Assembly: GCA_019117135.1 (NCBI GenBank)
Contig: DXAI01000031.1
Coordinates: 1 to 59,936, forward strand
Source: Candidatus Duodenibacillus intestinavium
GTDB lineage: Bacteria > Pseudomonadota > Gammaproteobacteria > Burkholderiales > Burkholderiaceae_F
Direction: 5' to 3'
DNA: 59,936 nucleotides
Shown: piece by piece, positions 1 through 10,419 of the stretch
Layout of the letters: each line of letters begins with the position of its first letter
How positions within the stretch are numbered: position 1 is the first letter of the stretch
Program-made: the position numbers and the translations under genes
Notes under the pieces: generated by a model
Told to the model about the DNA's origin: nothing
Databases searched by the model: none
Seen by the model: only the letters and a program-made list of their open reading frames with translations

Positions 1-995
1 TGCCGGTGCTCAACGATCTTTCTCCCAAGAGTTCCGACATCAGTTGGGCCGCGCCGCTTGCCTTCGGCGACAGAGCCGGCAAAGCTTCTCTAGTGGGTAC
101 CACTCGAGTATTCGTTGATCAGGCCGGAAAAAGAACTCTTCTTGCAGGCCGCAATTTTGAAAAGCCTTATGAAGCCGTCGCGGGCATCAATGCCGGCTTT
201 TCCATCAATGATGAATTTCATCCCGGCCATGGCATGAGCGCTGCCTTGGGACACGAACACAAAGAAAGCTTCAGAATCGTGGGCATTCTCCCGGAGACCG
301 GAACCCCCTGGGATCGGGCAGTGCTGGTTCCAATCGAAACTCTATGGTCTATGCACGGTCAAAATCCGACTTCGACCCATGATGTTCACGGCGATCACAT
401 ACACGAAGAAATTGAAGCCTGGCTCAACAAGGATATGTCGAAACTGCCCGGGGCATCTGCGCTTGTCGTTAAGCCCACCAACATGGCAGGCGCTTATCGC
501 ATCAGACAGCATCTGCTGAAATCATCGGCAATTGCGCCTGACAGTAGTGTCGTCAATCTGATGGCCGTCTTTACCGGCGAAGCTTTAATTGAACTTTTCG
601 CTGTTTTTGCTGCGGCGGCTTCAGCACTCAAGGCCTTTGCCGCAAGCTCTGTGGCAACTTCACTTGCCGCGGCGTTGCTTACGGGCTTTGTCCTTGCCAA
701 GCTCAGAGAAAAAGACCTGAGACTTTTGCGCACAATGGGCGCACCCAGACGATTTATCCTCGCTTCCGTTTGGGCATCCATCGAAGCGGCCATCGTACTT
801 GCCAGCCTTGGTGCACTGATTTTGGGCACTGCTTTATCGGTTGCAGCCGGCATGGTCATTGCTTCTCAAACTGGTATCTCAATGATGCCGTCTCTCGGAC
901 TCGATGAAATTGCAATGCTTGCCGTCGTGATAGCCGCAGGCGCTGCCTTTGCAGTGATACCGGCCTGCGCTGTCGGCAACAGCAAGCTTGCCTGA
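1..995 (+). CDS. ABC transporter permease, FtsX/MacB-like (5' end probably outside window)
   Basis: Periplasmic region with VGILPETGTPWDRAV and His-rich loops, then C-terminal TM helices with the LLRTMGAPRRFI motif typical of FtsX-domain permeases. Confidence 0.8.
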   Translation, partial: PVLNDLSPKSSDISWAAPLAFGDRAGKASLVGTTRVFVDQAGKRTLLAGRNFEKPYEAVAGINAGFSINDEFHPGHGMSAALGHEHKESFRIVGILPETGTPWDRAVLVPIETLWSMHGQNPTSTHDVHGDHIHEEIEAWLNKDMSKLPGASALVVKPTNMAGAYRIRQHLLKSSAIAPDSSVVNLMAVFTGEALIELFAVFAAAASALKAFAASSVATSLAAALLTGFVLAKLREKDLRLLRTMGAPRRFILASVWASIEAAIVLASLGALILGTALSVAAGMVIASQTGISMMPSLGLDEIAMLAVVIAAGAAFAVIPACAVGNSKLA

Positions 996-1021
996 AATAC
1001 GAAAATTTTCAAAGTCAAAAA

Positions 1022-1053
1022 GTGCCGGCTGAACTACGCATTCAGACCGGCAC
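1022..1053 (+). terminator. Probable intrinsic terminator hairpin after the permease
   Basis: GTGCCGG-CTGAA...TTCAG-A-CCGGCAC inverted repeat; weak U tail. Confidence 0.45.
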
Positions 1054-1164
1054 ATTTCATTGTGCTGTCACAAAAACCAGGATTGGCAGAAACATTCAAT
1101 CGCCAGAATAGCGTCGCGAATCAAAGATTGGATTCGCCAAACAACGTAAAAATAAGAGGACCCC

Positions 1165-2271
1165 ATGTCTGAAATTTCACGCCGCGATTTTCTATCCAGC
1201 TCTGCCCTTCTTGCCATCGGAGGCGGACTGTGTGCAAGCACGTTCAACATTGAAGCGCTTGCGGCTGCTCCCAAAACGCAGCGCACCGTAGCCGATATTC
1301 TTCACATGAGCGATGTTCAAATCGCCAAGGAGAGCGTTGTTGTTCAGTCTGCCCACCGCGTCATAGTCGAAGCTGCCAAACAAATCCGCGACAACACTCT
1401 GCGCAGTACGGTCCTGGCAATTCTGGAAAATCCGGCTCCCACCATTGCGAAGAACAATGAAAAGGACATTCTTTCTCGTCTGCAGAAAGAAAATCTCATT
1501 GATACGGCGCGAAAAGAAGTTTTTCCGCCTGTCAAAAATCCCGAACAGAGTCCTCAGCCCTTCTGGTCCGCCCCTGGCTCGGGATATGCCTCTCATCATG
1601 CCTATCCGGGCGGCCTCGTCACGCATACTGCTCTAAATGTCGTCTCGGCCCAGGCTCTTGTTAAGAATTACATGGATGTCAACGGTTTGACACTTGACTA
1701 CGATGCTGCTGTCGGCGGCGAAATTCTCCATGATTTGCACAAACCCTGGGTCTTTGCCTGGCAAGATGACCACTCCTGCCGCAAAGAACAACTGCTTGCT
1801 GCTACCGGAGAACATCACGTGCTGTCGATCGCTGAATCCATTGCGCGCAAAGTTCCGGCCCAAGTCGTTGTCGCCCAAGCGTGTGCGCACGAACATCCTG
1901 CAACACCTGCAGGCGAAAAACTTGTGGTTGGCTGGATCAAGGCAGCGAGCATCATCGCCGGCGTTGATCCCATCAAAGCTGGTCTGCTCGACAAGTCCGA
2001 CAATACCCTGCCTCTACCGCGCCGCATCGAAGGATGGGTCGTGCACTTGGCTGATCATGACTTTGTTATCTCAACGTCGGCCTGCCGTTGGACTGCCGCC
2101 GCTCTCGAGAAACTTGCCAAAGAAAACTACGGACTGTCCGACGTACAGCAACTTAATTCATTTAGAAACTACGTCATGGCCAATCTCACAGCTATGCGCC
2201 TGTACGGCATTCTCTCGAGTCAGGGCAAGAAAGCTTTTGCAAATGAAGTTGCCCGCGTTGTGAAGCTGTAG
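1165..2271 (+). CDS. Tat-exported HD-domain metal-dependent phosphohydrolase-like protein
   Basis: SRRDFL twin-arginine signal; SHHAYPGGLVTHT, LHDLHKP, GEHH, AHEHP and LADHD motifs; GAGGA RBS. Confidence 0.75.
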   Translation: MSEISRRDFLSSSALLAIGGGLCASTFNIEALAAAPKTQRTVADILHMSDVQIAKESVVVQSAHRVIVEAAKQIRDNTLRSTVLAILENPAPTIAKNNEKDILSRLQKENLIDTARKEVFPPVKNPEQSPQPFWSAPGSGYASHHAYPGGLVTHTALNVVSAQALVKNYMDVNGLTLDYDAAVGGEILHDLHKPWVFAWQDDHSCRKEQLLAATGEHHVLSIAESIARKVPAQVVVAQACAHEHPATPAGEKLVVGWIKAASIIAGVDPIKAGLLDKSDNTLPLPRRIEGWVVHLADHDFVISTSACRWTAAALEKLAKENYGLSDVQQLNSFRNYVMANLTAMRLYGILSSQGKKAFANEVARVVKL

Positions 2272-2294
2272 TCAGCTATCAGCCGTGCGAATTT

Positions 2295-2327
2295 GCCGAC
2301 CGTTTTTGCGGTCGGCTCTTTCTTTTG
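2295..2327 (+). terminator. Intrinsic terminator
   Basis: GCCGACCG-loop-CGGTCGGC followed by TCTTTCTTTT. Confidence 0.65.
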
Positions 2328-2368
2328 GGCGAAAAAAAAACAGCCGCAGAAGCTGTTATTTTCTTTTG

Positions 2369-2443
2369 TGGTGCGCGGTACTGGATTCGAACCAGTGACC
2401 CCCGCCGTGTGAAGGCGATGCTCTACCACTGAGCCAACCGCGC
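2369..2443 (-). tRNA. tRNA-Val (anticodon CAC)
   Basis: Reverse complement GCGCGGTTGGCTCAGTGGTAGAGC...TTCACAC...GGTTCGAATCC...CGCGCACCA folds as a cloverleaf with encoded CCA. Confidence 0.95.
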
Positions 2444-2582
2444 GCTAAATTTTCAATCTCTTCTCACGAAGAGAATCGGGATTTTACAGACATCTATAAA
2501 ATTTGCAAGCGTCGCCCAATCGGGCAATACTGGCATCGCGTAAAATCCAGCCTCTTTCCATCCTATCCAGGCATCAAACGGC

Positions 2583-3179
2583 ATGAGCAAGAAACGCATT
2601 CTCGGCATCGACCCGGGCCTCAATCGCACAGGCTTCGGAGTGATTGACGTTGACGGCAGCCGCCTGACATTTGTCACAGCCGGATGCATTCATGTCCCCA
2701 CCGGTACGCTGAGCGAACGTTTGGGCACCATTTTCCGAGAACTTTCGTGCGTTATTGCCGAAACAAACCCTGACTGCGCCGCCGCCGAACAGGTGTTCGT
2801 CAATATCAATCCGCGTTCTACGCTACTGCTCGGTCAAGCCCGTGGCGCAGCTCTTGCTTGTGCCGCGCATCATGGCCTTGCAGTGGCCGAATTTTCGCCG
2901 TCTGAAATCAAGAATTCGATTGTCGGCACCGGCCGAGCCACCAAGGCACAAGTCCAGATGATGGTCTCCACCCTTTTAAAACTGTCAGGTGACATTCAGG
3001 CGGATGCCGCCGACGCTCTTGCCTGCGCCGTCACGCACGCGCACGCCATGCAGCTTACCCAAGTTCAAGCCATGGCTGCAATACCTTCGCAAACGGGCAA
3101 TCGAACAATGACATCGAAGAAATCACAGCGCAACGCTTGGGCTCAACTCATCAATAACAAAATCAGGAATCAATCATGA
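2583..3179 (+). CDS. ruvC: Holliday junction resolvase RuvC
   Basis: ILGIDPG...TGFGVI, LGQARG and DAADALA motifs. Confidence 0.95.
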   Translation: MSKKRILGIDPGLNRTGFGVIDVDGSRLTFVTAGCIHVPTGTLSERLGTIFRELSCVIAETNPDCAAAEQVFVNINPRSTLLLGQARGAALACAAHHGLAVAEFSPSEIKNSIVGTGRATKAQVQMMVSTLLKLSGDIQADAADALACAVTHAHAMQLTQVQAMAAIPSQTGNRTMTSKKSQRNAWAQLINNKIRNQS

Positions 3180-3754
3180 TCGGACGCATTCGCGGCACAC
3201 TTCTCGAAAAAAATCCTCCGGAAATTCTGGTCGACGTCCACGGCGTCGGTTATGAGATTAATGTTCCGATGTCCACCTTCTACAACCTGCCTGACGTTGG
3301 CCAGGAAGTGACACTTCTGACGCATTTCATCGTGCGCGAAGACGCTCAACTGCTCTACGGTTTCGGCACGGCCAAGGAACGCGCCGCTTTCCGACAGCTC
3401 ATCAAAATTTCCGGTATCGGCGCCCGCACAGCTCTGGCGGTTCTCTCCGGCATGACGGTTGACGCACTGGCACAAGCCGTCTCCAAACAGGAAAGTGCAC
3501 TCTTAACACGCGTACCCGGCATCGGCAAGAAAACGGCCGAACGTCTTGTTCTGGAACTCAAAGGTAAGATCAGCGCTGATCTCGACGGCGTGACGCTGGC
3601 TGCCGCTCCGGGTGACAATCGTGCCGATGTAGTGGCCGCACTGGTGGCCCTGGGGTATTCGGATCGAGAGGCCACTGCCGCGGCCAAGAAGCTCTCGCCC
3701 GACGTCAGTGTTTCCGCAGGCATCCGCGAAGCCCTAAAATCCATGGCACACTGA
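3176..3754 (+). CDS. ruvA: Holliday junction branch migration protein RuvA
   Basis: [24 protein letters not shown] and [16 protein letters not shown] motifs. Confidence 0.97.
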   Translation: MIGRIRGTLLEKNPPEILVDVHGVGYEINVPMSTFYNLPDVGQEVTLLTHFIVREDAQLLYGFGTAKERAAFRQLIKISGIGARTALAVLSGMTVDALAQAVSKQESALLTRVPGIGKKTAERLVLELKGKISADLDGVTLAAAPGDNRADVVAALVALGYSDREATAAAKKLSPDVSVSAGIREALKSMAH

Positions 3755-3780
3755 TTTTTAAACGGTAGAAAGTTTTTCTC

Positions 3781-4821
3781 ATGCAAAACGTCGAACGCGT
3801 CGTCTCCACGGAAGCAACAAGCCCAAATGAAGAAAGCATCGATCGAGCCCTTCGTCCGGTGCGTCTGGCCGACTATGTCGGTCAAAAAGCGGTGCGTGAA
3901 CAGCTCGAAATCTTCATTGCTGCCGCCAAGCAGCGCGGTGAGCCGCTTGACCATCTGTTGGTGTTCGGGCCTCCCGGCCTGGGCAAAACGACGCTCGCGC
4001 ACATCGTGGCCAACGAAATGGGCGTCAACTTGCGCCAGACTTCCGGTCCCGTTCTTGAGCGTCCGGGCGACCTGGCAGCGCTTCTGACCAACCTTGAGAA
4101 AAACGACGTTCTCTTTATCGATGAAATCCATCGTCTGAGCCCCGTGGTCGAGGAAATCCTCTATCCAGCGCTGGAAGACTATCAAATCGACATCATGATC
4201 GGCGAGGGCCCTGCGGCTCGTTCCATCAAGCTTGACCTGCCGCCCTTTACGCTGATCGGCGCCACAACCCGCGCAGGGTCACTCACCAATCCCCTGCGCG
4301 CCCGTTTCGGCATCGTCAACCAGCTGCAGTTCTACGATACGGATGATTTGGCACACATCATCACGCGTTCTGCCAACCTTTTAAATGTCCCCATCGAAGA
4401 GGCAGGAGCCTATGAAATCGCTCGTCGATCCCGCGGTACGCCTCGCGTTGCCAATCGACTGTTGCGACGTGTGCGTGATTTTGCACAAGTGCGCCACAAC
4501 GGCGTCATCACGGCAGAAGTAGCCGATGCGGCGCTTCGTATGCTCGAGGTCGACGCCATGGGATTGGACTTTGTGGATCAGAGATTTTTGCTCACCATCA
4601 TGGACAAATTTGCAGGCGGACCGGTGGGCATCGACAATCTCGCCAGCGCCGTCGGCGAGGATCGAGAAACGCTCGAAGATGTGGTTGAGCCCTACCTCAT
4701 TCAGCAGGGACTCGTACAGCGCACGCCGCGCGGACGCATCGTCACGCAAACGGCCTATCGGCACTTCGGGCGTCTGGCTTCAGCGCAGACGGCTCCGATG
4801 GCCGACCTCTTTGCCGAGTAA
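3781..4821 (+). CDS. ruvB: Holliday junction branch migration helicase RuvB
   Basis: [11 protein letters not shown] Walker [23 protein letters not shown]. Confidence 0.98.
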   Translation: MQNVERVVSTEATSPNEESIDRALRPVRLADYVGQKAVREQLEIFIAAAKQRGEPLDHLLVFGPPGLGKTTLAHIVANEMGVNLRQTSGPVLERPGDLAALLTNLEKNDVLFIDEIHRLSPVVEEILYPALEDYQIDIMIGEGPAARSIKLDLPPFTLIGATTRAGSLTNPLRARFGIVNQLQFYDTDDLAHIITRSANLLNVPIEEAGAYEIARRSRGTPRVANRLLRRVRDFAQVRHNGVITAEVADAALRMLEVDAMGLDFVDQRFLLTIMDKFAGGPVGIDNLASAVGEDRETLEDVVEPYLIQQGLVQRTPRGRIVTQTAYRHFGRLASAQTAPMADLFAE

Positions 4822-4826
4822 TCGTA

Positions 4827-5519
4827 TCAGCGCGAATACGTCTGGGCAATCGCCCCTTTGTGGCCGGACTCACTCGCCCATAATGCGGCTTCCACACGCG
4901 TGGCAAAGCCGAGTTTTTTGAGGACGTGCTTGACATGCACTTTCACGGTGCCGTCTGAAATCTTCAGATACTCCGAAATCTGACGGTTGCTCATGCCGTT
5001 GGCGATGCAATAAAGGACGTCCACTTCGCGCGGACTCAAACGGGAAATGTCCCTCGAATCGTCAGCCACGGGCACATTGCGAAGCGACACGGCCAATGCC
5101 GCCGTGAGCGAATCGCTGATCACCATCTCACCGCTGGCAGCCAGATGAACCTGTGCAGCAAGCTGCTGCACCGACAGACGCTTGGTGATAAAGCCGTCCG
5201 CCTGCAGGCGTATAGCCGCCATCAGAGACGGCTGCGTGCCGTCGGTGATAAGCATCACACAGCGCGGCGCGTTTTCAAGCAATTTGATGTCCTTAAGCAA
5301 CGTCACGCCGATGTCACCGCCGTCGAGATCGATAAACATCAGATCAGGGTGCTCATTTCGGGCTTCATCAAGCGCGTCGTTAGCGTTATGCGTGATACGA
5401 CGCACCGAACCCGGGACCTGTTCGCCGATCAACTCACTCAAAGCTCGTGCAAAAAGCGGGCATTGATCAAAGATCAAAATACGGGCGGGCTGTCCGTCGT
5501 CAAGATCTGTCGTTGTCAT
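4827..5519 (-). CDS. NarL/FixJ-family response regulator (REC + LuxR HTH)
   Basis: Receiver fold (FIDLD, GFITK) and LSPREVDVL...ISDGTVKVHVKHVLKKLG HTH. Confidence 0.85.
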   Translation of the reverse strand: MTTTDLDDGQPARILIFDQCPLFARALSELIGEQVPGSVRRITHNANDALDEARNEHPDLMFIDLDGGDIGVTLLKDIKLLENAPRCVMLITDGTQPSLMAAIRLQADGFITKRLSVQQLAAQVHLAASGEMVISDSLTAALAVSLRNVPVADDSRDISRLSPREVDVLYCIANGMSNRQISEYLKISDGTVKVHVKHVLKKLGFATRVEAALWASESGHKGAIAQTYSR

Positions 5520-5583
5520 TTTCTTCTTTTAATTCAAACGTTCCGGAAGCCTTTTCGGACTTCCGCATGCTGTCCGAAGACCT

Positions 5584-6852
5584 TTACGCGTCGTAGTCGC
5601 GCACCGTGTGCCAAAGCACATTGACGCCCTTCATGAAATCTTCCATCTTCATGGCTTCGTACGGATTGTGCGAGCCGTTTTGATTGGCCACAAAGATCAT
5701 GGCCACCGGCACACCGCTGTTGCCGATGACAGCCGCATCGTGACCGGCACCGCTTGCCAGGCGACGCACCGGAATACCCGCGCTCTTGGCCGCCGCCTCG
5801 ATTCGATCGGAAAGCGCAGCGTCCACCTTAGCCGCATCCGTTACGATCTTGCGATCGAACTCGAACTTCACGCCGCGCTCCTTGGCAACAGCATCGGCTT
5901 CCTTCAACAGCAACTCGTGGAAACGCTCGCACGTATCAATCGAAAGGCTGCGCATGTCCACCGTAAAAGTCGTTTCACCCGGAATCACGGAAATCGCCGA
6001 TGTCGCCGAAGTCTTCAGCACTCCCACGGTGAAGACAAGATCCTCTCCGTTGGCAAGCCATTCGTCCCAATGCTTGTCCATACGGGTAAGAAGCTCTGCC
6101 GTAGCCATCACGGCATCATGCCGGTATGGCTTGTCGACGGCACCTGAATGCGCAGTTTGCCCCAAGCAAACCACTTTCTTGTGACGCACGTTACCTCGAA
6201 TACCCGTCACAATGCCGACGCGTTCGGTTTCCGAGCTGTCAAGCGTCGGGCCCTGTTCGATGTGTAGTTCGATGAAGGCTGCAATCTTTTCGAGGTCCAC
6301 AAGAGGACGACCGGCCGTAATATCGGCAGGAACAAAACCGCAGGCCGAAATGCATTCACCGAGTGTCATCGGTTGTGTGCGGTGCTTTAAAGCCGTATCA
6401 GCAAGCGTCAGTTTTCCGGTGAGTGCCAGCGAACCCACATAAGCCTTGCCGAAAAAGCTCGATTCCTCGCAGCGCATCATCAGAATCATGTAATCGCGTT
6501 CGGGCACGAACCCCGTACGGCGCATCCACCACGCGACCGCCAAGGCGGCGGCTATGCCGGCCAATCCGTCATAGTTGCCGCCCTGCGGCACGCTGTCGGC
6601 GTGGCTGCCCGCAACGAAGGCGGGCAAATCGCGGTTTTTGCCCGGCAGGCACATCCAAACGTTGCCTGCCAAGTCCGTGTTGATCTCCAGGCCGAGTTCC
6701 TGCCCGATCATCTTGAGATAGTCAAGCACTTCCGTTTCGGTTGTGGAATACCCCTGTCGGGTTACACCCAAACCATCGGCGCTCATTTTGCGAACCGTAT
6801 CAAAAATAGAGCGGCAGAATTTCACGCCGTCTCGCTGCAGATCCCCAGCCAT
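5584..6852 (-). CDS. M20 Zn-dependent hydrolase (allantoate amidohydrolase / N-carbamoylase-like)
   Basis: GSHADSVPQGGNYDG, CEES, ELHIEQGP, SGAGHDA and GSHNP motifs. Confidence 0.9.
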   Translation of the reverse strand: MAGDLQRDGVKFCRSIFDTVRKMSADGLGVTRQGYSTTETEVLDYLKMIGQELGLEINTDLAGNVWMCLPGKNRDLPAFVAGSHADSVPQGGNYDGLAGIAAALAVAWWMRRTGFVPERDYMILMMRCEESSFFGKAYVGSLALTGKLTLADTALKHRTQPMTLGECISACGFVPADITAGRPLVDLEKIAAFIELHIEQGPTLDSSETERVGIVTGIRGNVRHKKVVCLGQTAHSGAVDKPYRHDAVMATAELLTRMDKHWDEWLANGEDLVFTVGVLKTSATSAISVIPGETTFTVDMRSLSIDTCERFHELLLKEADAVAKERGVKFEFDRKIVTDAAKVDAALSDRIEAAAKSAGIPVRRLASGAGHDAAVIGNSGVPVAMIFVANQNGSHNPYEAMKMEDFMKGVNVLWHTVRDYDA

Positions 6853-7177
6853 AATGCGACTTCCTTCCTTTGGTCAGTACCATGTCTTTGCCCCTCTGAC
6901 AGGAGAAAAAACACCCCGAGCCCCGAGGGCACAAGCCGACATGATTACCTCTTTATTATTATTCGAAAAACGCCGCGGCAGTTGAAAAGGTCCCCTGAAT
7001 TTTTGACTTAATGCGAATCTTCGCGATAAAAGCGTCTTCTCCTTTGCCCCTTTTGAGGTATTTTCCTTTTCAAACCTTTCATCGGTTCCGCAACCGATCG
7101 AAGGCTTATCATTCTTTCGTACAGAGTGCGGCCTCGTCTGACCTCAGACCGCGCTCGTGCATTGTTACATCTCAATT

Positions 7178-7193
7178 CGGCACCGCGCTTGCT
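7178..7193 (+). promoter_or_regulatory. Candidate sigma-54 (-24/-12) promoter
   Basis: CGGCAC-CGCGC-TTGCT matches TGGCAC-N5-TTGCW with one mismatch, about 60 bp upstream of the ATG at 7253. Confidence 0.5.
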
Positions 7194-7252
7194 CGCCGGT
7201 TGCCGGAAGACTTTGTGTGCGTGCGTTTTTGTTTGAAAAGGAGCGAGTCGAC

Positions 7253-8524
7253 ATGCTCAGCGCTTATCACGATCAATTGATCAACATTCGCCGTCAGCTA
7301 CACCAGAACCCCGAGGAGGGCTGGTCGGAATTCACCACGACGGCCTTTCTCGTCACCACGCTTCGCGGCTACGGCTACGACGTATTGCTGGGCCGCAAAG
7401 TGATCGACCCCGAAGCCTGCCTCGGCCGTGAAGAATCCGTCGTCAAAGCCGGTCTGGAACGCGCCCGCCGCAACGGCGTGAGCGAAGAACTCCTTGCCGA
7501 AATGGAAGAACTCACGGGGTGCGTAGCCGTGCTTGATACCGGTCGTCCCGGTCCCACTTTGGCCATTCGCTTTGACATTGACTGTGTGCCGGTAACCGAA
7601 TGCACGGATGAGACACACGTACCCGCCAAAGAAGGCTTCATTTCCAAGAATCCGGGCTTCATGCACGCCTGCGGTCACGACGCTCATATGTCGATGGGCC
7701 TCGCGGTCGCTCATTGGGTGATGGATAATAAGGACAAGCTTTCGGGCAAGATCAAGATTCTCTTCCAGCCCGCTGAAGAAGGCGTGCGCGGTGCTGCTGG
7801 CATGGCCGCTAGCGGCGTTCTCGACGACTGCGACTATTTCCTCGGCTCTCATGTAGCCATGAGCGCCAAGTCAGGCGAAATCGCCACGAACCTCTACGGC
7901 TACCTCTGCACCACCAAGCTCGACGTCACCTTCCACGGCAAGCCCGCTCATGCCGGCGCCTGCCCGCAGGACGGCCGTAACGCGCTTGCTGCCGCTGCCA
8001 ACGCCACCGTTCAGATGATGGGCATCTCGCGCCACTCGGGTGGCATGACCCGCATCAATGTCGGCCAGCTCATCGCCGGCGAAGGCCGAAACGTCATCCC
8101 GAGCAAGGCAGTCATGAAGCTTGAAGTGCGCGGAGAAACGGGCGAAATCAACCAGTACATGGTTGATCAAGTCACCAACATCTGCAAAGGCGTTGCATTG
8201 GGCTTCGGCGTGACGTACGAAATGCGCAAGATGGGCGAAGCCGTCGACCTGACGGCTGATCAGGAACTCGTGGACATTCTCAACGCCGCCGGCCGCGCCA
8301 CTCCGGGCATCACTGTCGTTGACAAGGCTCTGAACTTCGGCGGCAGCGAAGACGCCACAATTCTTGCGCGCCGCGTGCAAGCGCACGGCGGCAAAGCCGC
8401 CTTCTTCCTGTGGGGTTCGGATCGTCCGTCAGGGCATCACACCTCCACGTTCGACATCAAGGAATCCGACCTTGATCCGGCTCTGGAAGTCTGGACGCAC
8501 ATCATCCCGGCGATCCTGAAGTAA
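7253..8524 (+). CDS. M20D amidohydrolase (AbgA-like)
   Basis: RRQLHQNPE, RFDID, MHACGHDAH, FQPAEEG, GSED and HH motifs; AAGGAG RBS before ATG 7253. Confidence 0.88.
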   Translation: MLSAYHDQLINIRRQLHQNPEEGWSEFTTTAFLVTTLRGYGYDVLLGRKVIDPEACLGREESVVKAGLERARRNGVSEELLAEMEELTGCVAVLDTGRPGPTLAIRFDIDCVPVTECTDETHVPAKEGFISKNPGFMHACGHDAHMSMGLAVAHWVMDNKDKLSGKIKILFQPAEEGVRGAAGMAASGVLDDCDYFLGSHVAMSAKSGEIATNLYGYLCTTKLDVTFHGKPAHAGACPQDGRNALAAAANATVQMMGISRHSGGMTRINVGQLIAGEGRNVIPSKAVMKLEVRGETGEINQYMVDQVTNICKGVALGFGVTYEMRKMGEAVDLTADQELVDILNAAGRATPGITVVDKALNFGGSEDATILARRVQAHGGKAAFFLWGSDRPSGHHTSTFDIKESDLDPALEVWTHIIPAILK

Positions 8525-8568
8525 TCGCGGCAAACGGCAACACCAGCTCAGTGTTGCCGCTGTTATCG

Positions 8569-8611
8569 AAAGCCGTCGAAGCCCGAAGAAAAGGCTTTTC
8601 GGCGGCTTTTT
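8569..8611. terminator. Probable bidirectional terminator between convergent genes
   Basis: AAAGCCGTCGAA...TTCGGCGGCTTTTT imperfect stem-loop. Confidence 0.55.
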
Positions 8612-8612
8612 G

Positions 8613-9584
8613 TTATACCAAACGCGCGAAGGTGAGCACCAAAGGCAACGCCACCAAAAGAGCAAGCGTCGAGATGCCGATGGCTTCCGAACAGAACTCC
8701 TCGTCGGCACCGTAATTTTTAGCCAGCACTCCGATCACGGAGGACACGGGCATACTCGAAGAAACAATGAAGACCTGACGAGCTTCGTTCGACATATCAA
8801 CCCAACCGGTAGCGAAATACATCACAACCGGACGTAACACGAAGCACGAAAACAGAATCAGCCACACCTCCTTGGGAATGTGCTTGATCTTTTCAAAGCC
8901 GATGTGCTGAATGGTCATCCCGATGAAAACCAGTGCCAGAGGCGATGTAACCCGTCCCAAATCTCGCGTGATCATCGCAATGGGATCGGGCACGGGCAAA
9001 GCCAACACCACAAAGAGGACGCCCAACAAAAAGCCCTGTAGCGGCGGCTGGAAAAACATCTTGATGCTGCGCATGGAAAAGAGCCGCGGTTGTGCGCGTC
9101 CGGCTCGATGCACGCCGTCGAGCTGAATGCCATAAAGCCCGATTGTCCAGATGAAGATCACGTTGGCAAAAAAGTAAACCAGCAGATAACCGATGGCCGC
9201 TTCTCCGAACATAATCGAGATCACCGGAATACCCAAGAAGGTGACCGTAGCTCCCGTAAAACAGGCGATGAAGGCTCCGGCAATCTCCTTTCTCACCCAT
9301 CCCATTTTGACGATTGCCACAGACACGAGCCAGTTAAAGCCCACCGTCAGAAAGGGAAGCCCCGCGACCTGCAGCACGCTGATCAGATCTTCGTGCGTAA
9401 ATTTGGATGTGACGTTGTAAAAGAGAAAAAGCGGCAGACACAGATTCACCAGCCGCGCCATCAGGCGCCGACTGTCTTCGGTATACCACCCCCGACGCGA
9501 GGTCTCAAAGCCGACAAACGCGATGGAAAACAGAACAAGAACCGCTTCGGCTGAATGCAATACCGCTTCGAGCATTTCACGCAC
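8613..9584 (-). CDS. AEC (auxin efflux carrier) family transporter
   Basis: About 10 TM helices; FLGIPV, SPLALVFIG and SMPVS motifs. Confidence 0.82.
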   Translation of the reverse strand: MREMLEAVLHSAEAVLVLFSIAFVGFETSRRGWYTEDSRRLMARLVNLCLPLFLFYNVTSKFTHEDLISVLQVAGLPFLTVGFNWLVSVAIVKMGWVRKEIAGAFIACFTGATVTFLGIPVISIMFGEAAIGYLLVYFFANVIFIWTIGLYGIQLDGVHRAGRAQPRLFSMRSIKMFFQPPLQGFLLGVLFVVLALPVPDPIAMITRDLGRVTSPLALVFIGMTIQHIGFEKIKHIPKEVWLILFSCFVLRPVVMYFATGWVDMSNEARQVFIVSSSMPVSSVIGVLAKNYGADEEFCSEAIGISTLALLVALPLVLTFARLV

Positions 9585-9697
9585 CCGCTAAAAACGTCAA
9601 AAAACTTTGTTTTCGAACAATATCTTTGAACTTTAGCGCGCACTGAGACGAGCGATTTTTGCCTTCGCTTCAATATCTGAAGGAAGATTGACAAATA

Positions 9698-10309
9698 TCA
9701 TCGCCGCGAGAATACCGCCGAAGCGATACTAGCCACATCGGCGTATTCAAGTTCCACCCCGGTGGGCAGTCCTTTGGACAAACGCGTTACACGTACCTCA
9801 GGAAAGTGTTTTCGGACAATCCCCGCAATCATGTGTGCCGTCACATCGCCCTCCGGGGTATAGCTCGTCGCCAAAATCAATTCACTCACCTGATCCTGAT
9901 GAATGCGTTGCAGCAGCATCGACACGCCAAGCCGTTCGGGCTCCGTTCCTTCCAGCGGGTTAATGCGTCCCATCAACACGAAATACCCCCCTCGATAGGA
10001 AAGACTTGCTTCGAGCGCCTTTTGATCGGCCACGCTTTCCACCACACACAGGCGAGTATTGTCGCGTGTAGCGTCCGAACAGAAGTCGCACACCGGTTCT
10101 GTCGTCAGCGTATGGCATCGGGGACAGTGATGAACGCGAGCTAGCGTCTCTTCCAACCCATCTTTGATCGCTCGCGCTTCTGCTCGCCGCGACGTTAAAA
10201 GATCCGACACCAAACGAGCAGCCGAACGCGGCCCCAGACCGGGCAACGAAGCAAAAAGCTCCTCAAGCTTGGCAATGCGGGCGTCCGGATGCGTGATGGT
10301 GTCGGCCAT
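9698..10309 (-). CDS. recR: Recombination mediator RecR
   Basis: LPGLGPRSAARL HhH, C4 zinc finger, Toprim (LCVVE, ELILAT, GLPTGVELEYAD). Confidence 0.93.
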   Translation of the reverse strand: MADTITHPDARIAKLEELFASLPGLGPRSAARLVSDLLTSRRAEARAIKDGLEETLARVHHCPRCHTLTTEPVCDFCSDATRDNTRLCVVESVADQKALEASLSYRGGYFVLMGRINPLEGTEPERLGVSMLLQRIHQDQVSELILATSYTPEGDVTAHMIAGIVRKHFPEVRVTRLSKGLPTGVELEYADVASIASAVFSRR

Positions 10310-10419
10310 GGGGTTTCAGAATTCATTAAATGGAACTAAGGGAATGCCCATGCATTGTAGCGGTGCCGCGGCCCTATAATCGAGGAAGGCATTTGTGCCG
10401 CAGTCATCCGGAGAAATCC

